NCBI RefSeq assembly: GCF_030684315.1
Contig: NC_081387.1
Coordinates: 11,820,867-11,884,866, forward strand
Reading direction: 5' to 3'
Length of the DNA stretch: 64,000 bases
Source of the DNA: Stegostoma tigrinum
Lineage: Eukaryota
Shown here: positions 13,794 to 25,639 of the stretch, one piece after another
Numbering within the stretch: the stretch's first letter is position 1
Layout of the letters: every line of letters begins with the position of its first letter
Translations under genes and position numbers: made by a program
Notes under the pieces: model-generated
Database searches by the model: none
What the model saw: the letters and a program-made list of their open reading frames with translations, nothing else
Told to the model about the DNA's origin: nothing

Positions 13794-14126
13794 GAATCGG
13801 TGCCAAGAAGTTCCAAGTTGTTCAGAAACTTCCAAGGATTCTGGCAGATGAGGGTCAATCCGTCCTCATCCCATGCGAGTGGACAGGCAATGTCTCCCTG
13901 ACAATAGGCTCTTTTAAATGGTTGAAGGATGGTGCGGAAGTTTCCAATCAGACAGCGAAGTACACAGGGCGAGTGCACAGACCCCAACAGGATTTCATCC
14001 ACAGCCGCAATGCTTCCCTCTTGCTGAAGGGGCTGAAAGTTACTGATTCTGGGATGTACAGATGCAGCGTGAAATTCATGCAGCTGGGTGAGGAATATGG
14101 GAATGGAACACAGCTCACAGTCAGAG
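13794..14126 (+). CDS. NCR3: Gene 1 IgV exon copy 1 (NKp30-like, germline-joined VJ-type domain)
   Basis: tttcag| ... AGAG|GTAAGC; 333 nt, phase 1-1, open: GIGAKKFQVVQKLPRILADEGQSVLIPCEWTGNVSLTIGSFKWLKDGAEVSNQTAKYTGRVHRPQQDFIHSRNASLLLKGLKVTDSGMYRCSVKFMQLGEEYGNGTQLTVR. Canonical C..W..DSGxYxC plus GxGTxLxV; motifs parallel human NKp30 as recalled (IGSVTWFRD, EVRNGTPEFRGR, LGVGTGNGTRLVV). Orthology not tested. Confidence 0.9.
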
Positions 14127-16572
14127 GTAAGCGATTCACTTGTCTGCATATAGCCATGTGTGACAGCAGGAATCAGCTCCACAGCACAACTGGGTAACTT
14201 TTCCCAGGTCCTTCCACTGATGGGGTTCTATTCAGTTCGAGCACTCTCCCAGTAACACAATCATAGAAAAGTACAATCTTGCACAGCTAAGAGGTGCCTT
14301 TGGTTTGTTTGTTTGGACCGAGTCAAACTCCAGTGATGGTTTTCAACATGTACAGAACCAGACATCTTTAGTGACTTTTTACGTACATTTTCAATGAATA
14401 AAGTGTATTTTTAAAGTTTGAAATATTTATAAAGTCAATAATGTGTAAACTCTTCATGGAAAGTTGCTACTATCGTGCCTTCAGTATTAAATTCTGTGTG
14501 GAGTTTGCATATTTTCCCCGTGTCTGCGTGGGTTTCCTCCCACAGCCCAAAGATGTGCAGGTTAGGATGGAAATTATGCAGCACGGAAGCCGACCTTTCA
14601 GTCTCACATGTCCACATGGACCAGACATCCCAGTCTGACCTACTCCCATTTGCCAGAATTTGGCCCATATCTTTCACCCCCAAATGCCTTTTAAATGTTG
14701 TAATTGTACCCACCTCCACTCCTTCCTCTGGCAGCTTATTCCATACACGCACTAACTTCTGCGGGAAAGAAGTTACCTCATAACTCCTTTTTAAATCTTT
14801 CCCCTCTCATCTTAAAACAATACCATCTAGTTTTGGAATCCCTCACTCTAGGAAAACAGAAATTTCCTCTTGTAAAATACTTGTGAAGACCAAAACCATT
14901 CCCTCCAGTTCCCCACAACTAACTCTATCTGTCTCCATGGCAGGTGTCTTGAGGATAAAGCAGAGCACAAAATCTTGGTGAATATGTGGCTTCGAGTTGA
15001 ACTTCTTCATGGAGATTCATGTCTTCGTATCATTTACCACTCATTTCCATCTTCAGGAAACTGCCTGATTCCACCAAATCTCAATTCATCTGATGCTGGA
15101 ACCATCAGAGATGTTTTTGTTACCTCTACACTTGACTGTACTATAAGCACTTCCCACACAGCACCCGCTATAAACCTGATTTTATCTGAACCTCTGATTG
15201 CCCTGCCATAACTCTCACAGTGTGCTCCCCCACAGCCCTGCTGGCAGAGTGTACGGTAATGTAATGTCACTGCTCTACACTAATACTGTATAACACAAGT
15301 ACAAGTCCTACCAAGCAAGTGGTGGAATTAAGATTCATCACTGTGGAGACCTGGAGTACATGTCTAGTCTCAATGATCGTACTGTAACAATTATTATTGA
15401 TGGTTCATTCATGTCCTTTATGGAAGGAAATCTGCAATCTTTACCTGGTCTGGGCTGCATGACCCATAACAATTGACTCTTAAATAGACTACCAAACCAT
15501 ACAGCTCAATGGCAGTTACGCATGGGTGACCAATACTGATCTTACTAGTGATACTCACATCCCCTGTAAAGTGCACAGTTCAGAAACAGAGAATTTGACT
15601 GAACCACCATTATTTCACTCCTTTCAAACTGGCCTTCTTATCACTTATCATGTTCCCAAATCCTATCATTGCAGAGTCAAGTGCTTTGCTGTATTTACAA
15701 TACTGGCCTCTCATAGTTTTCTCACTCGTAGGGTCGCAGAGTGATCATAGAGTCATCCTTCCTTTCTCTGTCCTTCCTCATACTTCTTGACACCTCACCT
15801 CCTTAGGTCTTTTGCCGACAGTAGGGAATTTCAAGAGTAGGGAGCATATGAGGGGAGAGAGATTTGAAATGAACGTGAGGGGTAACTTTGTCAGAGAGTG
15901 ATTTGTGTGTGGGATGAACTTGCAGTGGAAGTGGTGGATGTGGCTACAGTTATAACATTGAAAAGGCATTTAGATAATTACATGTATAATAAATGTTTGG
16001 AAAGATATGGGCCAAGCACAGGCAGGTGGGATTAGTTTAGTTTGGAATAATGGGCTGGTTGGACCAAATGGTCTGTTTCTGTGCTGTAGAAGTCTATGAC
16101 TCAGTAATATCAAAATAACATATTGGGTCTCCTTGAAATAGGTGATCTCTGTGACAGATCACCACTGCAGCTCTTTTGAATAACATGTCACATCTACGGC
16201 GCTTTCATTATCCTGCTTGTTGGAAACCAAGTGGAAGGATTTGCTGTTTTTGTTGATCTGCCCATAGAATGATGCAGCACTGTGAAGCCCATTCTGCCCA
16301 TCGTGCCAGTGCAAGGTTACTAAAAAAAACGCTTTTGAACTTAGACCGTAATCGTTTCCCAATGAAGGGTGCAGTCAGCTTCCTTGTTCAGGCTGTATTG
16401 GAATCTTCTCCCAAAGCACTTTCACGCAGAGGACAGCATCTCACTGAGTGATAAAACGGTTTTCTAAACATTGCTGCATATTCCCTCCACTGAGCTGGTA
16501 ATTTGTTTATTCATTTTAACGTTGCATCTCAAAGTTCCAACTTCCAATCGCTTCCTCGCCTCTAAGTTTCAG

Positions 16573-16905
16573 GAATCGGTGCCAAGAAGTTCCAAGTTGT
16601 TCAGAAACTTCCAAGGATTCTGGCAGATGAGGGTCAATCCGTCCTCATCCCATGCGAGTGGACAGGCAATGTCTCCCTGACAATAGGCTCTTTTAAATGG
16701 TTGATGGATGGTGCGGAAGTTTCCAATCAGACAGCGAAGTACACAGGGCGAGTGCACAGACCCCAACAGGATTTCATCCACAGCCGCAATGCTTCCCTCT
16801 TGCTGAAGGAGCTGAAAGTTACTGATTCTGGGATGTACAGATGCAGCATGAAATTCATGCAGCTGGGTGAGGAATATGGGAATGGAACACAGCTCACAGT
16901 CAGAG
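16573..16905 (+). CDS. NCR3: Gene 1 IgV exon copy 2
   Basis: Same splice sites, 333 nt, open; differs from copy 1 at WL(K>M)DG, LK(G>E)LK and CS(V>M)K. Confidence 0.88.
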
Positions 16906-19350
16906 GTAAGCGATTCACTTGTCTGCAAATAGCCATGTGTGACAGCAGGAATCAGCTCCACAGCACAACTGGGTAACTTTTCCCAGGTCCTTCCACCGAT
17001 GGGGTTCTATTCAGTTCGAGCACTCTCCCAGTAACACAATCATAGAAAAGTACAATCTTGCACAGCTAAGAGGTGCCTTTGGTTTGTTTGTTTGGACCGA
17101 GTCTAACCCCAGTGATGGTTTTCAACATGTACAGAACCAGACATCTTTAGTGACTTTTTACGTACATTTTCAATGAATAAAGTGTATTTTTAAAGTTTGA
17201 AATATTTATAAAGTCAATAATGTGTAAACTCTTCATGGAAAGTTGCTACTATCGTGCCTTCAGTATTAAATTCTGTGTGGAGTTTGCATATTTTCCCCGT
17301 GTCTGCGTGGGTTTCCTCCCGCAGCCCAAAGATGTGCAGGTTAGGATGGAAATTATGCAGCACGGAAGCCGACCTTTCAGTCTCACATGTTCACATGGAC
17401 CAGACATCCCAGTCTGACCTACGCCCATTTGCCAGCATTTGGCCCATATCTTTCACCCCCACATGCCTTTTAAATGTTGTAATTGTACCCACCTCCACTC
17501 CTTCCTCTGGCAGCTTCTTCCATACACGCACTACCTTCTGCAAGGAAGAAGTTACCTCAAAACCCCTTTTAAAATCTTTCCCCTCTCATCTTAAAACAAT
17601 ACCATCTAGTTTTGGAATCCCCCACTCTAGGAAAACAGAAATTTCCTCTTGTAAAATACTTGTGAAGACCAAAACCATTCCTTCCAGTTCCCCACAACTA
17701 ACTCTGTCTGTCTCCATGGCAGGTGTCTTGAGGATAAAGCAGAGCACAAAATCTTGGTGAATATGTGGCTTCGAGTTGAACTTCTTCATAGAGATTCATG
17801 TCTTTGTATCATTTACCACTCACTTCCATCTTCAGGAAACTGCCTGATTCCACCAAATCTCAATTAATCTGATGCTGGAACCATCAGAGATGTTTTTGTT
17901 ACATCTATACTTGACTGTACTATAAGCACTTCCCACACAGCACCCGCTATAAACCTGATTTTATCTGAACCTCTGATTGCCCTGCCATAACTCTCACAGT
18001 GTGCTCCCCCACAGCCCTGCTGGCAGAGTGTACGGTAATGTAATGTCACTGCTCTACACTAATACTGTATAACACAAGTACAAGTCCTACCAAGCAAGTG
18101 GTGGAATTAAGATTCATCACTGTGGAGACCTGGAGTACATGGCTAGTCTCAATGCTCGTACTGTAACAATTATTATTGATGGTTCATTCATGTCCTTTAT
18201 GGAAGGAAATCTGCAATCTTTACCTGGTCTGGGCTGCATGACCCATAACAATTGACTCTTAAATAGACTACCAAACCATACAGCTCAATGGCAGTTACGC
18301 ATGGGCGACCAATACTGATCTTACTAGTGATACTCACATCCCCTGTAAAGTGCACAGTTCAGAAACAGAGAATTTGACTGAACCACCATTATTTCACTCC
18401 TTTCAAACTGGCCTTCTTATCACTTATCATGTTCCCAAATCCTATCATTGCAGAGTCAAGTGCTTTGCTGTATTTACAATACTGGCCTCTCATAGCTTTC
18501 TCACTCGTAGGGTCGCAGAGTGATCATAGAGTCATCCTTCCTTTCTCTGTCCTTCCTCATACTTCTTGACACCTCACCTCCTTAGGTCTTTTGCCGACAG
18601 TAGGGAATTTCAAGAGTAGGGAGCATATGAGGGGAGAGAGATTTGAAATGAACGTGAGGGGTAACTTTGTCAGAGAGTGGTTTGTGTGTGGAATGAACTT
18701 GTAGTGGAAGTGGTGGATGTGGCTACAGTTATAATATTGAAAAGACATTTAGATAATTACATGTATAATAAATGTTTGGAAAGATATGGGCCAAGTGCAG
18801 GCAGGTGGGACTAGTTTAGTTTGGAATAATGGACCGGTTGGACCAAATGGTCGGTTTCTGTGCTGTAGAAGTCTATGACTTAGTAATATCAAAATAACAT
18901 ATTGGGTCTCCTTGAAATAGGTGATCTCTGTGACAGATCACCACTGCAGCTCTTTTGAATAACATGTCACATCTACAGCGCTTTCATTATCCTGCTTGTT
19001 GGAAACCAAGTGGAAGGATTTGCTGTTTTTGTTGATCTGCCCATAGAATGATGCAGCACTGTGAAGCCCATTCTGCCCATCGTGCCAGTGCAAGGTTTTT
19101 AAAAAAACGCTTTTGAACTTAGAACGTAATCGTTTCCCAATGAAGGGTGCAGTCAGCTTCCTTGTTCAGGCTGTATTGGAATCTTCTCCCAAAGCACTTT
19201 CACGCAGATGACAGCATCTCACTGAGTGATAAAACGGTTTTCTAAACATTGCTGCATATTCCCTCCACTGAGCTGGTAATTTGTTTATTCATTTTAACGT
19301 TGACTCTCAAAGTTCCAACTTCCAATCGCTCCCTCCCCTCTAAGTTTCAG

Positions 19351-19683
19351 GAATCGGTGCCAAGAAGTTCCAAGTTTTTCAGAAACTTCCAAGGATTCTG
19401 GCAGATGAGGGTCAATCCGTCCTCATCCCATGCGAGTGGACAGGCAATGTCTCCCTGACAATAGGCTCTTTTAAATGGTTGAAGGATGGTGCGGAAGTTT
19501 CCAATCAGACAGCGAAGTACACAGGGCGAGTGCACAGACCCCAACAGGATTTCATCCACAGCCGCAATGCTTCCCTCTTGCTGAAGGAGCTGAAGGTTAC
19601 TGATTCTGGGATGTACAGATGCAGCGTGAAATTCATGCAGCTGGGTGAGGAATATGGGAATGGAACACAGCTCACGGTCAGAG
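19351..19683 (+). CDS. NCR3: Gene 1 IgV exon copy 3
   Basis: Same splice sites, 333 nt, open; differs from copy 1 at QV(V>F)Q, LK(G>E)LK and two synonymous sites. Confidence 0.9.
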
Positions 19684-20054
19684 GTAAGCGATTCACTTGT
19701 CTGCAAATAGCCATGTGTGACAGCAGGAATCAGCTCCACAGCACAACTGGGTAACTTTTCCCAAGTCCTTCCACTGACGGGGTTCTATTCAGTTCGAGCA
19801 CTCTCCCAGTAACACAATCATAGAAAAGTACAATCTTGCACAGCTAAGAGGTGCCTTTGGTTTGTTTGTTTGGACCAAGTCAAACTCCAGTGATGGTTTT
19901 CTTCATGTACAGAACCAGACATCTTTAGTGACTTTTTCTGTACATTTTCAATGAATAAAGTGTATTTTTAAAGTTTGAAATATTTATAAAGTCAATAACG
20001 TGTAAACTATTCATGGAAATTGCTACTATTGTGCCTTCAGTATTAAATTCTGTG

Positions 20055-20272
20055 TGCAGTTTGCACATTCTCCCCGTGTCTGCATGGGTTTCCTCCCACA
20101 GCCCAAAGATGTGTAGGCTAGGGTGTATTGGCCATGCTCAGTCGCCCTGTCGTGTTCAGGAATGTGCAGGTTAATTTGGTTAGCCATGAGAACTTCAGAG
20201 TCACAGGGACGGGTCTGGGTGGGATGCCCTTCCGATGGGCTGAATGGCCTGCTTCCACACTGTCGGGATTCC
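20055..20272 (+). mobile_element. HE1-like SINE (5'-truncated); continues past the point where the copies in units 1 and 2 are cut
   Basis: gtttgcacattctccccgtgtctgc...cccacagcccaaagatgtgtaggctagggtgtattggccatgct...ggcctgcttccacactgtcgggatt. Confidence 0.8.
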
Positions 20273-20489
20273 ATTCTAAATTAGCTATGGAGACATTATC
20301 AGCCATTTGCACATTTATTTGTCTCATACTTCCATGAGCATCCTGATTACCCATTGTTCCAGATTATAATAATCAAGTCGGAATCGATAATTTACGCAGG
20401 AGACTGATTGTCGTTTGAAAGTTGACTGGGAGGAGTATATTGAGAATTGTAGAATAACAACTAGTTTATTGTGTAAATGGAAGCAATGT

Positions 20490-21030
20490 AGTCATAGAGT
20501 CAAACAGCATGGAAACAGACCATTCAATCCAACCAGTCCATGCTGACCATAATTCTGAACCTAGCTAGTCCCACTTGCCTGCACTTGAATCATATCCCTC
20601 CAAACATTTCTAATTCATGTACTTATCCAAATGTCTTCAAATGTTGTAACTGTTCCCATATCCACTACCTCAGCAAGTTCATTCCACACACGAACCACTC
20701 TCTGTGTAACAAAAAATTGCCCCTAATTTCTTTTCTAAATCTCTCTCCTCTCACCTGTAATATATACCCCCGGTCCTGAAATTCCCTATCCTACAGAAAG
20801 GGCACCCACCATTTACTCTATCTCTACCCCTCATGATTTTACAAGCTTCTATCAGGTCACTTTCGACCTCCGACACTCTGGTGAAAAAAGTTTCAGCCTG
20901 TCTATCCTTTCTTTATAACTCAAGCTTTTCAGACCTGGCAACATCCTTGTAAATCTCTTTTGAACCATCTCCAGCTTAATAATATCCTTCCTGTAACAGG
21001 GTGGCCAGAATGGGACACAACATTCCAGAC
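20490..21030 (-). mobile_element. CR1 LINE 3' fragment
   Basis: RLECCVPFWPPCYRKDIIKLEMVQKRFTRMLPGLKSLSYKER on the minus strand. Confidence 0.85.
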
Positions 21031-21673
21031 GAGGAGCCTGATTTTCACTTTGAAAATTAACTAAGAAGAGTATTCTGATAATTCTGAAGTTGCAGGAATA
21101 ATAATTATTTAAATATGCAAATGGAAGCAATCATAATATTATGGAGTATAAAAGTGGAGGAAATATTCCTCTGTTGCTTGAAATTACACTTGAACCAAAT
21201 TTGGAGTGATGCATGTGGCTTTAGATCCAGAAGGATATATTAGCCTTATGAGATCACAAGCCTGACTTGCTTGTGTGGCACTGCAGCTCGGAGTTTAAGC
21301 TGATGCCCAGTTTTAGATTTTATAGATAGGGAAAAAAATATTTCTTTTAGCGGGAGCATCAAGAACAATGGAACATGATCTGAAAATTAGAGACTGATAA
21401 ATAAACAGTGAAGGCAGGAAGCAGACTCGAATACAAAAGAGGGTGAGAATCTGGAACCATCCTTGGGAAGCCTGAAAATACTGAAACTTGAAAAGGCAAT
21501 GTTGATGGATATTGTAAGACAGTGTTAATAAAGGGTATGTAAATTGTTGTAGCAGTTTGAGTTCAGGTTCAGATCAAACATGATCTACATAAATGTCTGA
21601 ATAGATGCAAGGGGCTGAATAGCATGTTTCTTTTACCTGTGTTGTGCTCTGGTTTGTTCTTTTTGTGTCTTAG

Positions 21674-21787
21674 TGAAACCAAAAAGTAGCACTACGCTAT
21701 GGTTATTCCTGTTGATTGGTGGCTTGATAGAACTAGCTCTCCTGTTAATTGCTGTGTTCTACTATGTGAAGTTACACAGAGCAAAAG
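21674..21787 (+). CDS. NCR3: Gene 1 stalk + transmembrane exon: (V)KPKSSTT-LWLFLLIGGLIELALLLIAVFYYV-KLHRAK
   Basis: Acceptor ttttgtgtcttag|, donor AAG|GTAAGG, 114 nt, phase 1-1; 24-residue hydrophobic helix followed by basic stop-transfer residues; Glu codon at 21730-21732. Confidence 0.85.
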
Positions 21788-21869
21788 GTAAGGATGTGTT
21801 TTTTTTTGCTGTATGGCAGATGTAATGGCTGTGAGATATCATGTTGCAAACATTTACATTTGTTTTCTT

Positions 21870-23600
21870 AAAGTTGGCGTATCTCATTGGCACTCTTATT
21901 TGCTTCGCCTTTATCTATCTCTTGAATTTCCTTCTCCCAAGCTCAAACCATTCACCATACTGTCTGTACCTCATCGTGTGTATCACTTGTGGGCCAAGAT
22001 TCTCATGCACTTTTTCTCCCCCCTTCCAAAGCGCACACTACTAAAGACCTTAGCCAATTAGAGTGATCGCATCCAATTCACCGAGTATAGTCCGTTTCCC
22101 AAAAACTTGAGTAAAATCAACCCCATACTGATCTGCACATGCAATCAGGGAACTATACCTATTTAAATCGCCTGTTGGATCCCCTCTGTTACAACCTGTC
22201 GCAGCTAATATAGCTTCCTTCATATCTTCAAAATCTCCAATAGACAGCATAACCGTTAATAATTAACCGTTCCAGTATAGTAATAATCTGTAAACACAGC
22301 TTTGATAAAAGGCAAATTCAGCAAACACGTTGTCTCACATGCAACTCCCATAGCAGGCAGAGAATACTCAATTTTTGGTATATCCAAGAGAAGGAACAAA
22401 TAACTTGCACTTCTTCAACTGCAACTGCTGAGAGCTAAAACTAAAAACCCTGGTTCTTTGAGAGCTTGACCTCACCTTCACAGGCTGCTTCCATTGTTTG
22501 AACTTTTAAAAAAAATCACCCAAGGCCTCACAAGCTGTTTACTTTACTGGCTTTCCAACTAGCCAGCTCTGCACCTCCGTTTTATCCCTCTCTTTAAAAA
22601 ATAAGAGGAAAATAACCTTTTAAAGCCACTGCACTATCACAAAATCATTTTAGCAACTTCCCCTCACTGCAGTCATAGAATTCACTGGGGAAGGCAATGG
22701 TTGTGTGGGGGCGCTGAGGGATTCAGTGCCGCTAGTTAGGGACGTAGGGGGTCCCCAGTCATCACCGCGTGCAACATACTGCTGGGCATTCTGTTCCAGC
22801 TTTCCCCAATCCATTCCGTAGTCACTCTGCTCCTCCGGCTGAACTGCCCCAATTACCCACTTGATTCTTTTCTGTATCAACAGCTGAGATTTTAATTTAT
22901 CAATCCGCTGCTGACATTTTGAACAGTCAGCCAGAGGTTCCTCTTTTTCTGCCTAATTGATACAGAATTTTAACAGCAGCCTGCAAATTGGCGCATTTCC
23001 CATTCAGTTCATTCACTGTCTCTGTTTGGTCAAGTCATGACCCCTGTTTGCACTGTGTACTCCTTGGTAAGCCTTCACACATTGGATCAGAATGTGGCCC
23101 ACATACAACACATTTATCTAACTCCCTTGCGCCTGTTCCACCACTTTTCTCAGTAACATTTCCAACTGCTCATGTAATTTTCCTCATGTAATCTCTCATT
23201 TTCTTTGTGTAATGTTTTATCCTCCAACTCTCTGCCCATTAACTGCTGCAAACAACTGACTATTGCTGTAGCCTTACTAAGTAAGCTTGGTAGCATGCTT
23301 TCCTTGCCCTCTACGTGTTACTTCATAACATTTCTGGCCAATGGAACCCAGACTTGTTACTAATTTACTGCAATGTTCAACAACTAGGGCTGTGTCTTAT
23401 TTAGCTCCTTCCTTAACATCTCTGACCGTGCTTGGCGATCTGCCATTCTTTACTCTAAACACTTTAGGCATCTTCTGGGGGATACAAGAAGCAACCAGAT
23501 TCACTTCACAAATTCTGCCATTTGTTCGGCACACTCAGCAAACACCCGCATTACTCCCAACTGCTGATCAATTCACTATGGCTGGGGAATTCAACTTCAA
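21870..23600 (-). mobile_element. Probable degenerate LTR-retroelement (gag-like) remnant, split by a second LTR-like insert at ~22280-22645
   Basis: Interrupted protein-like minus-strand frames (DFEDMKEAILAATGCNRGDP; IQKRIKWVIGAVQPEEQSDYGMDW) not flanked by usable splice structure; family not identifiable by eye. Confidence 0.35.
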
Positions 23601-23719
23601 AATAACTTAAAGCCTCAGCTTATCAATGGCCACTCAGTGATGCCTGAAAGGAGTACTCAGATTTTTTTTTACTCAGATATGTGACAGACAAAGGACAGGG
23701 AACTTCATTAAACAAGGTC

Positions 23720-24260
23720 TTCATTATTTTAACTCCCAGTTATAGGAAGGATGTTATTGAGATGGAGAGGGCTCGGAAGAGATTTACGAGGATGTTGCCG
23801 GGTATGGAGGGTTTGAGTTTTAAAGGAAGGCTGCGTAAAAGCTGAGACATTTGTCATTAGAAGTTGAGAGTTGACCTTACGGAGGTTTATAACGTCATCA
23901 TGGGTATGGATAGGGTAAATGGAACGGTGTCTTTTCCCATTCTAGGGATTTCAAGACTAAGGGGCATATCCTTTAAGGTGAAACAAGAGGGATTTCAATG
24001 AGGCACAGGGGAAAAATCTTTTCCACAGAGAGTGGTTCCATGTGGAATGAACTGCCAGAAGGAGTGATGGATAGAGGCACAGTTACAACATTTAAAAGTC
24101 ACTGAGATAAGTACATTTATAGGAGAGGTTTGGGGGTGGGGGGAGTGGTTCTTAGCCATGAATAGGTAAATAGGACTAGTTTACCCTGGAATTATGGTAG
24201 CACAGACTGGTTGCACCGAAGAGTCTGTTTTCGTGCTGTGTGGCGCTATGACCATGACTC
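23720..24260 (+). mobile_element. CR1 LINE 3' fragment
   Basis: tataggaaggatgttattgagatggagagggctcggaagagatttacgaggatgttgcc (YRKDVIEMERARKRFTRML) through tail tctgttttcgtgctgt. Confidence 0.8.
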
Positions 24261-25510
24261 AATAGAAGCACACATTAGTTGGAACTTTAATTCTTACTTC
24301 ATTTAACTTAAATTCAACTGTAACTCACTTCATTTAAATTCACCTTATCTTATTTTGCTTAATTCATATTGAACCCCAATTCATACTTTAACTCTATAAG
24401 TTTGGCTTGAATCGAATAAAATTTGAGTGAAATGGCCAACATTGTTTTCAGTACAGATATTGCCTTGTGGTTCGAAATTTTCTCTGAAGATCACATCAGG
24501 GCCAGACTTCTGAAATTTGGTCTTGAAGGTTTCTCCTGCAAAAAATTCCGTTGTTCTGCTAATATATCTCAAAACGTACTCACCTCCTACAGAGACTTCT
24601 CTGATGCTCAGCCAATGAATTGACCAAAGCCAGATCACATTGTTCAATCTCAGCTAATGAGCTTTATTGGTAAACATCTCCCAAATAATTACAGCCAATA
24701 AACAGCCACATTCCATGTTCCGTATAAGGTAATAGTGGTGCCAGCATGTCGAGAAACCATCAGAACACTTTCCTTATTTGATCAACACAGGAAACTGCAG
24801 GTCACAATATGCCCTGGTTACAACTTTATCTGAGGCCAGAGCTTAAACTAGCTTGACCCAATTCCCAGCATGCTTCATTGAAGCTCTTAGCCAGTCTTGT
24901 AAGTATTTCTGCTGCTGGCCAGCTGACCACGGGGCATGCTGAGTTTCCCATGGCAATCACGCCAGCAGTTAAAATATTAATACTTCTAAATGCATTACAA
25001 CACAGAATATGTGGACTCTGTGCAACTAGACTATTCTGGCAGTGGTCTGAGCCCCCTCTCACCATTTCAACATAATTTACATGGCTTTATTCGTTAGGTA
25101 CTCAGCAATTTGCCTCAACTGCTTCAACCCACAGTGACATTTTGCCCATTCTGTTGTTGAATCAGTTTCTCCTTGTTGCATTTACTGTTGCATTTGTAAC
25201 CTCACGAATAGAAATGTTTCATCAGTTTCTACCATCAAATGCTCTCAGAACTTCTTTTAGGCTGTCCCTTGGTCTATTCTTTCCGCTGATACCTTTTGAG
25301 AGAAAAAAAATTGAATTAAAGTCAATCACATGCATTTTTATTGTTATTTATTTTGTCTGTCATTTGTAGTGAATAACTTTGAGCAATTAGTATTTTGAAG
25401 TGCAGTCTCTACAGCTCCATGCACAAAACTGGCATCAATGAATAATAAGAATTAAGGAATAAGAAATTTCTTTTGTAATCCAATATTTTTTTTGTGTCGC
25501 TTTGTTTTAG

Positions 25511-25529
25511 GTGCTCAACCGGCTCAAAG
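25511..25529 (+). CDS. Gene 1 cytoplasmic mini-exon: (G)AQPAQ
   Basis: Strong acceptor tttgttttag|, donor AAG|GTGAGG; phase 1 to phase 2, matching the TM exon. Confidence 0.65.
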
Positions 25530-25639
25530 GTGAGGTACACATTTACTGGTTAACAAATGCACTCTGTTAGCGTTTGAAGTGATTGAAATATTTGTGGACA
25601 GTTTAGCAGTAAATTTTATTGCATGCAGATTGTCTGCAG

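Larger units (their letters stand above)
11801..20126 (+). repeat. Direct tandem triplication, ~2.78-kb unit (11801-14570, 14571-17349, 17350-~20126), each unit holding one V exon plus SINE/LINE remnants
   Basis: Near-identical blocks starting aaattatgcagcacggaa at 11801, 14571 and 17350; V exons offset by 2779 and 2778 bp. Confidence 0.97.

Noticed and set aside
13794-19760. Rearranging TCR/Ig V gene segments
   Set aside because: The J-like GxGTxLxV is already in the exon, followed directly by a splice donor; I saw no heptamer-spacer-nonamer RSS and no C-domain exon.
11801-20126. Three separate genes, or a pure assembly artefact
   Set aside because: Units lack their own leader and TM; copy-specific substitutions and diverged edges argue for real copies, though read-level confirmation is still needed.
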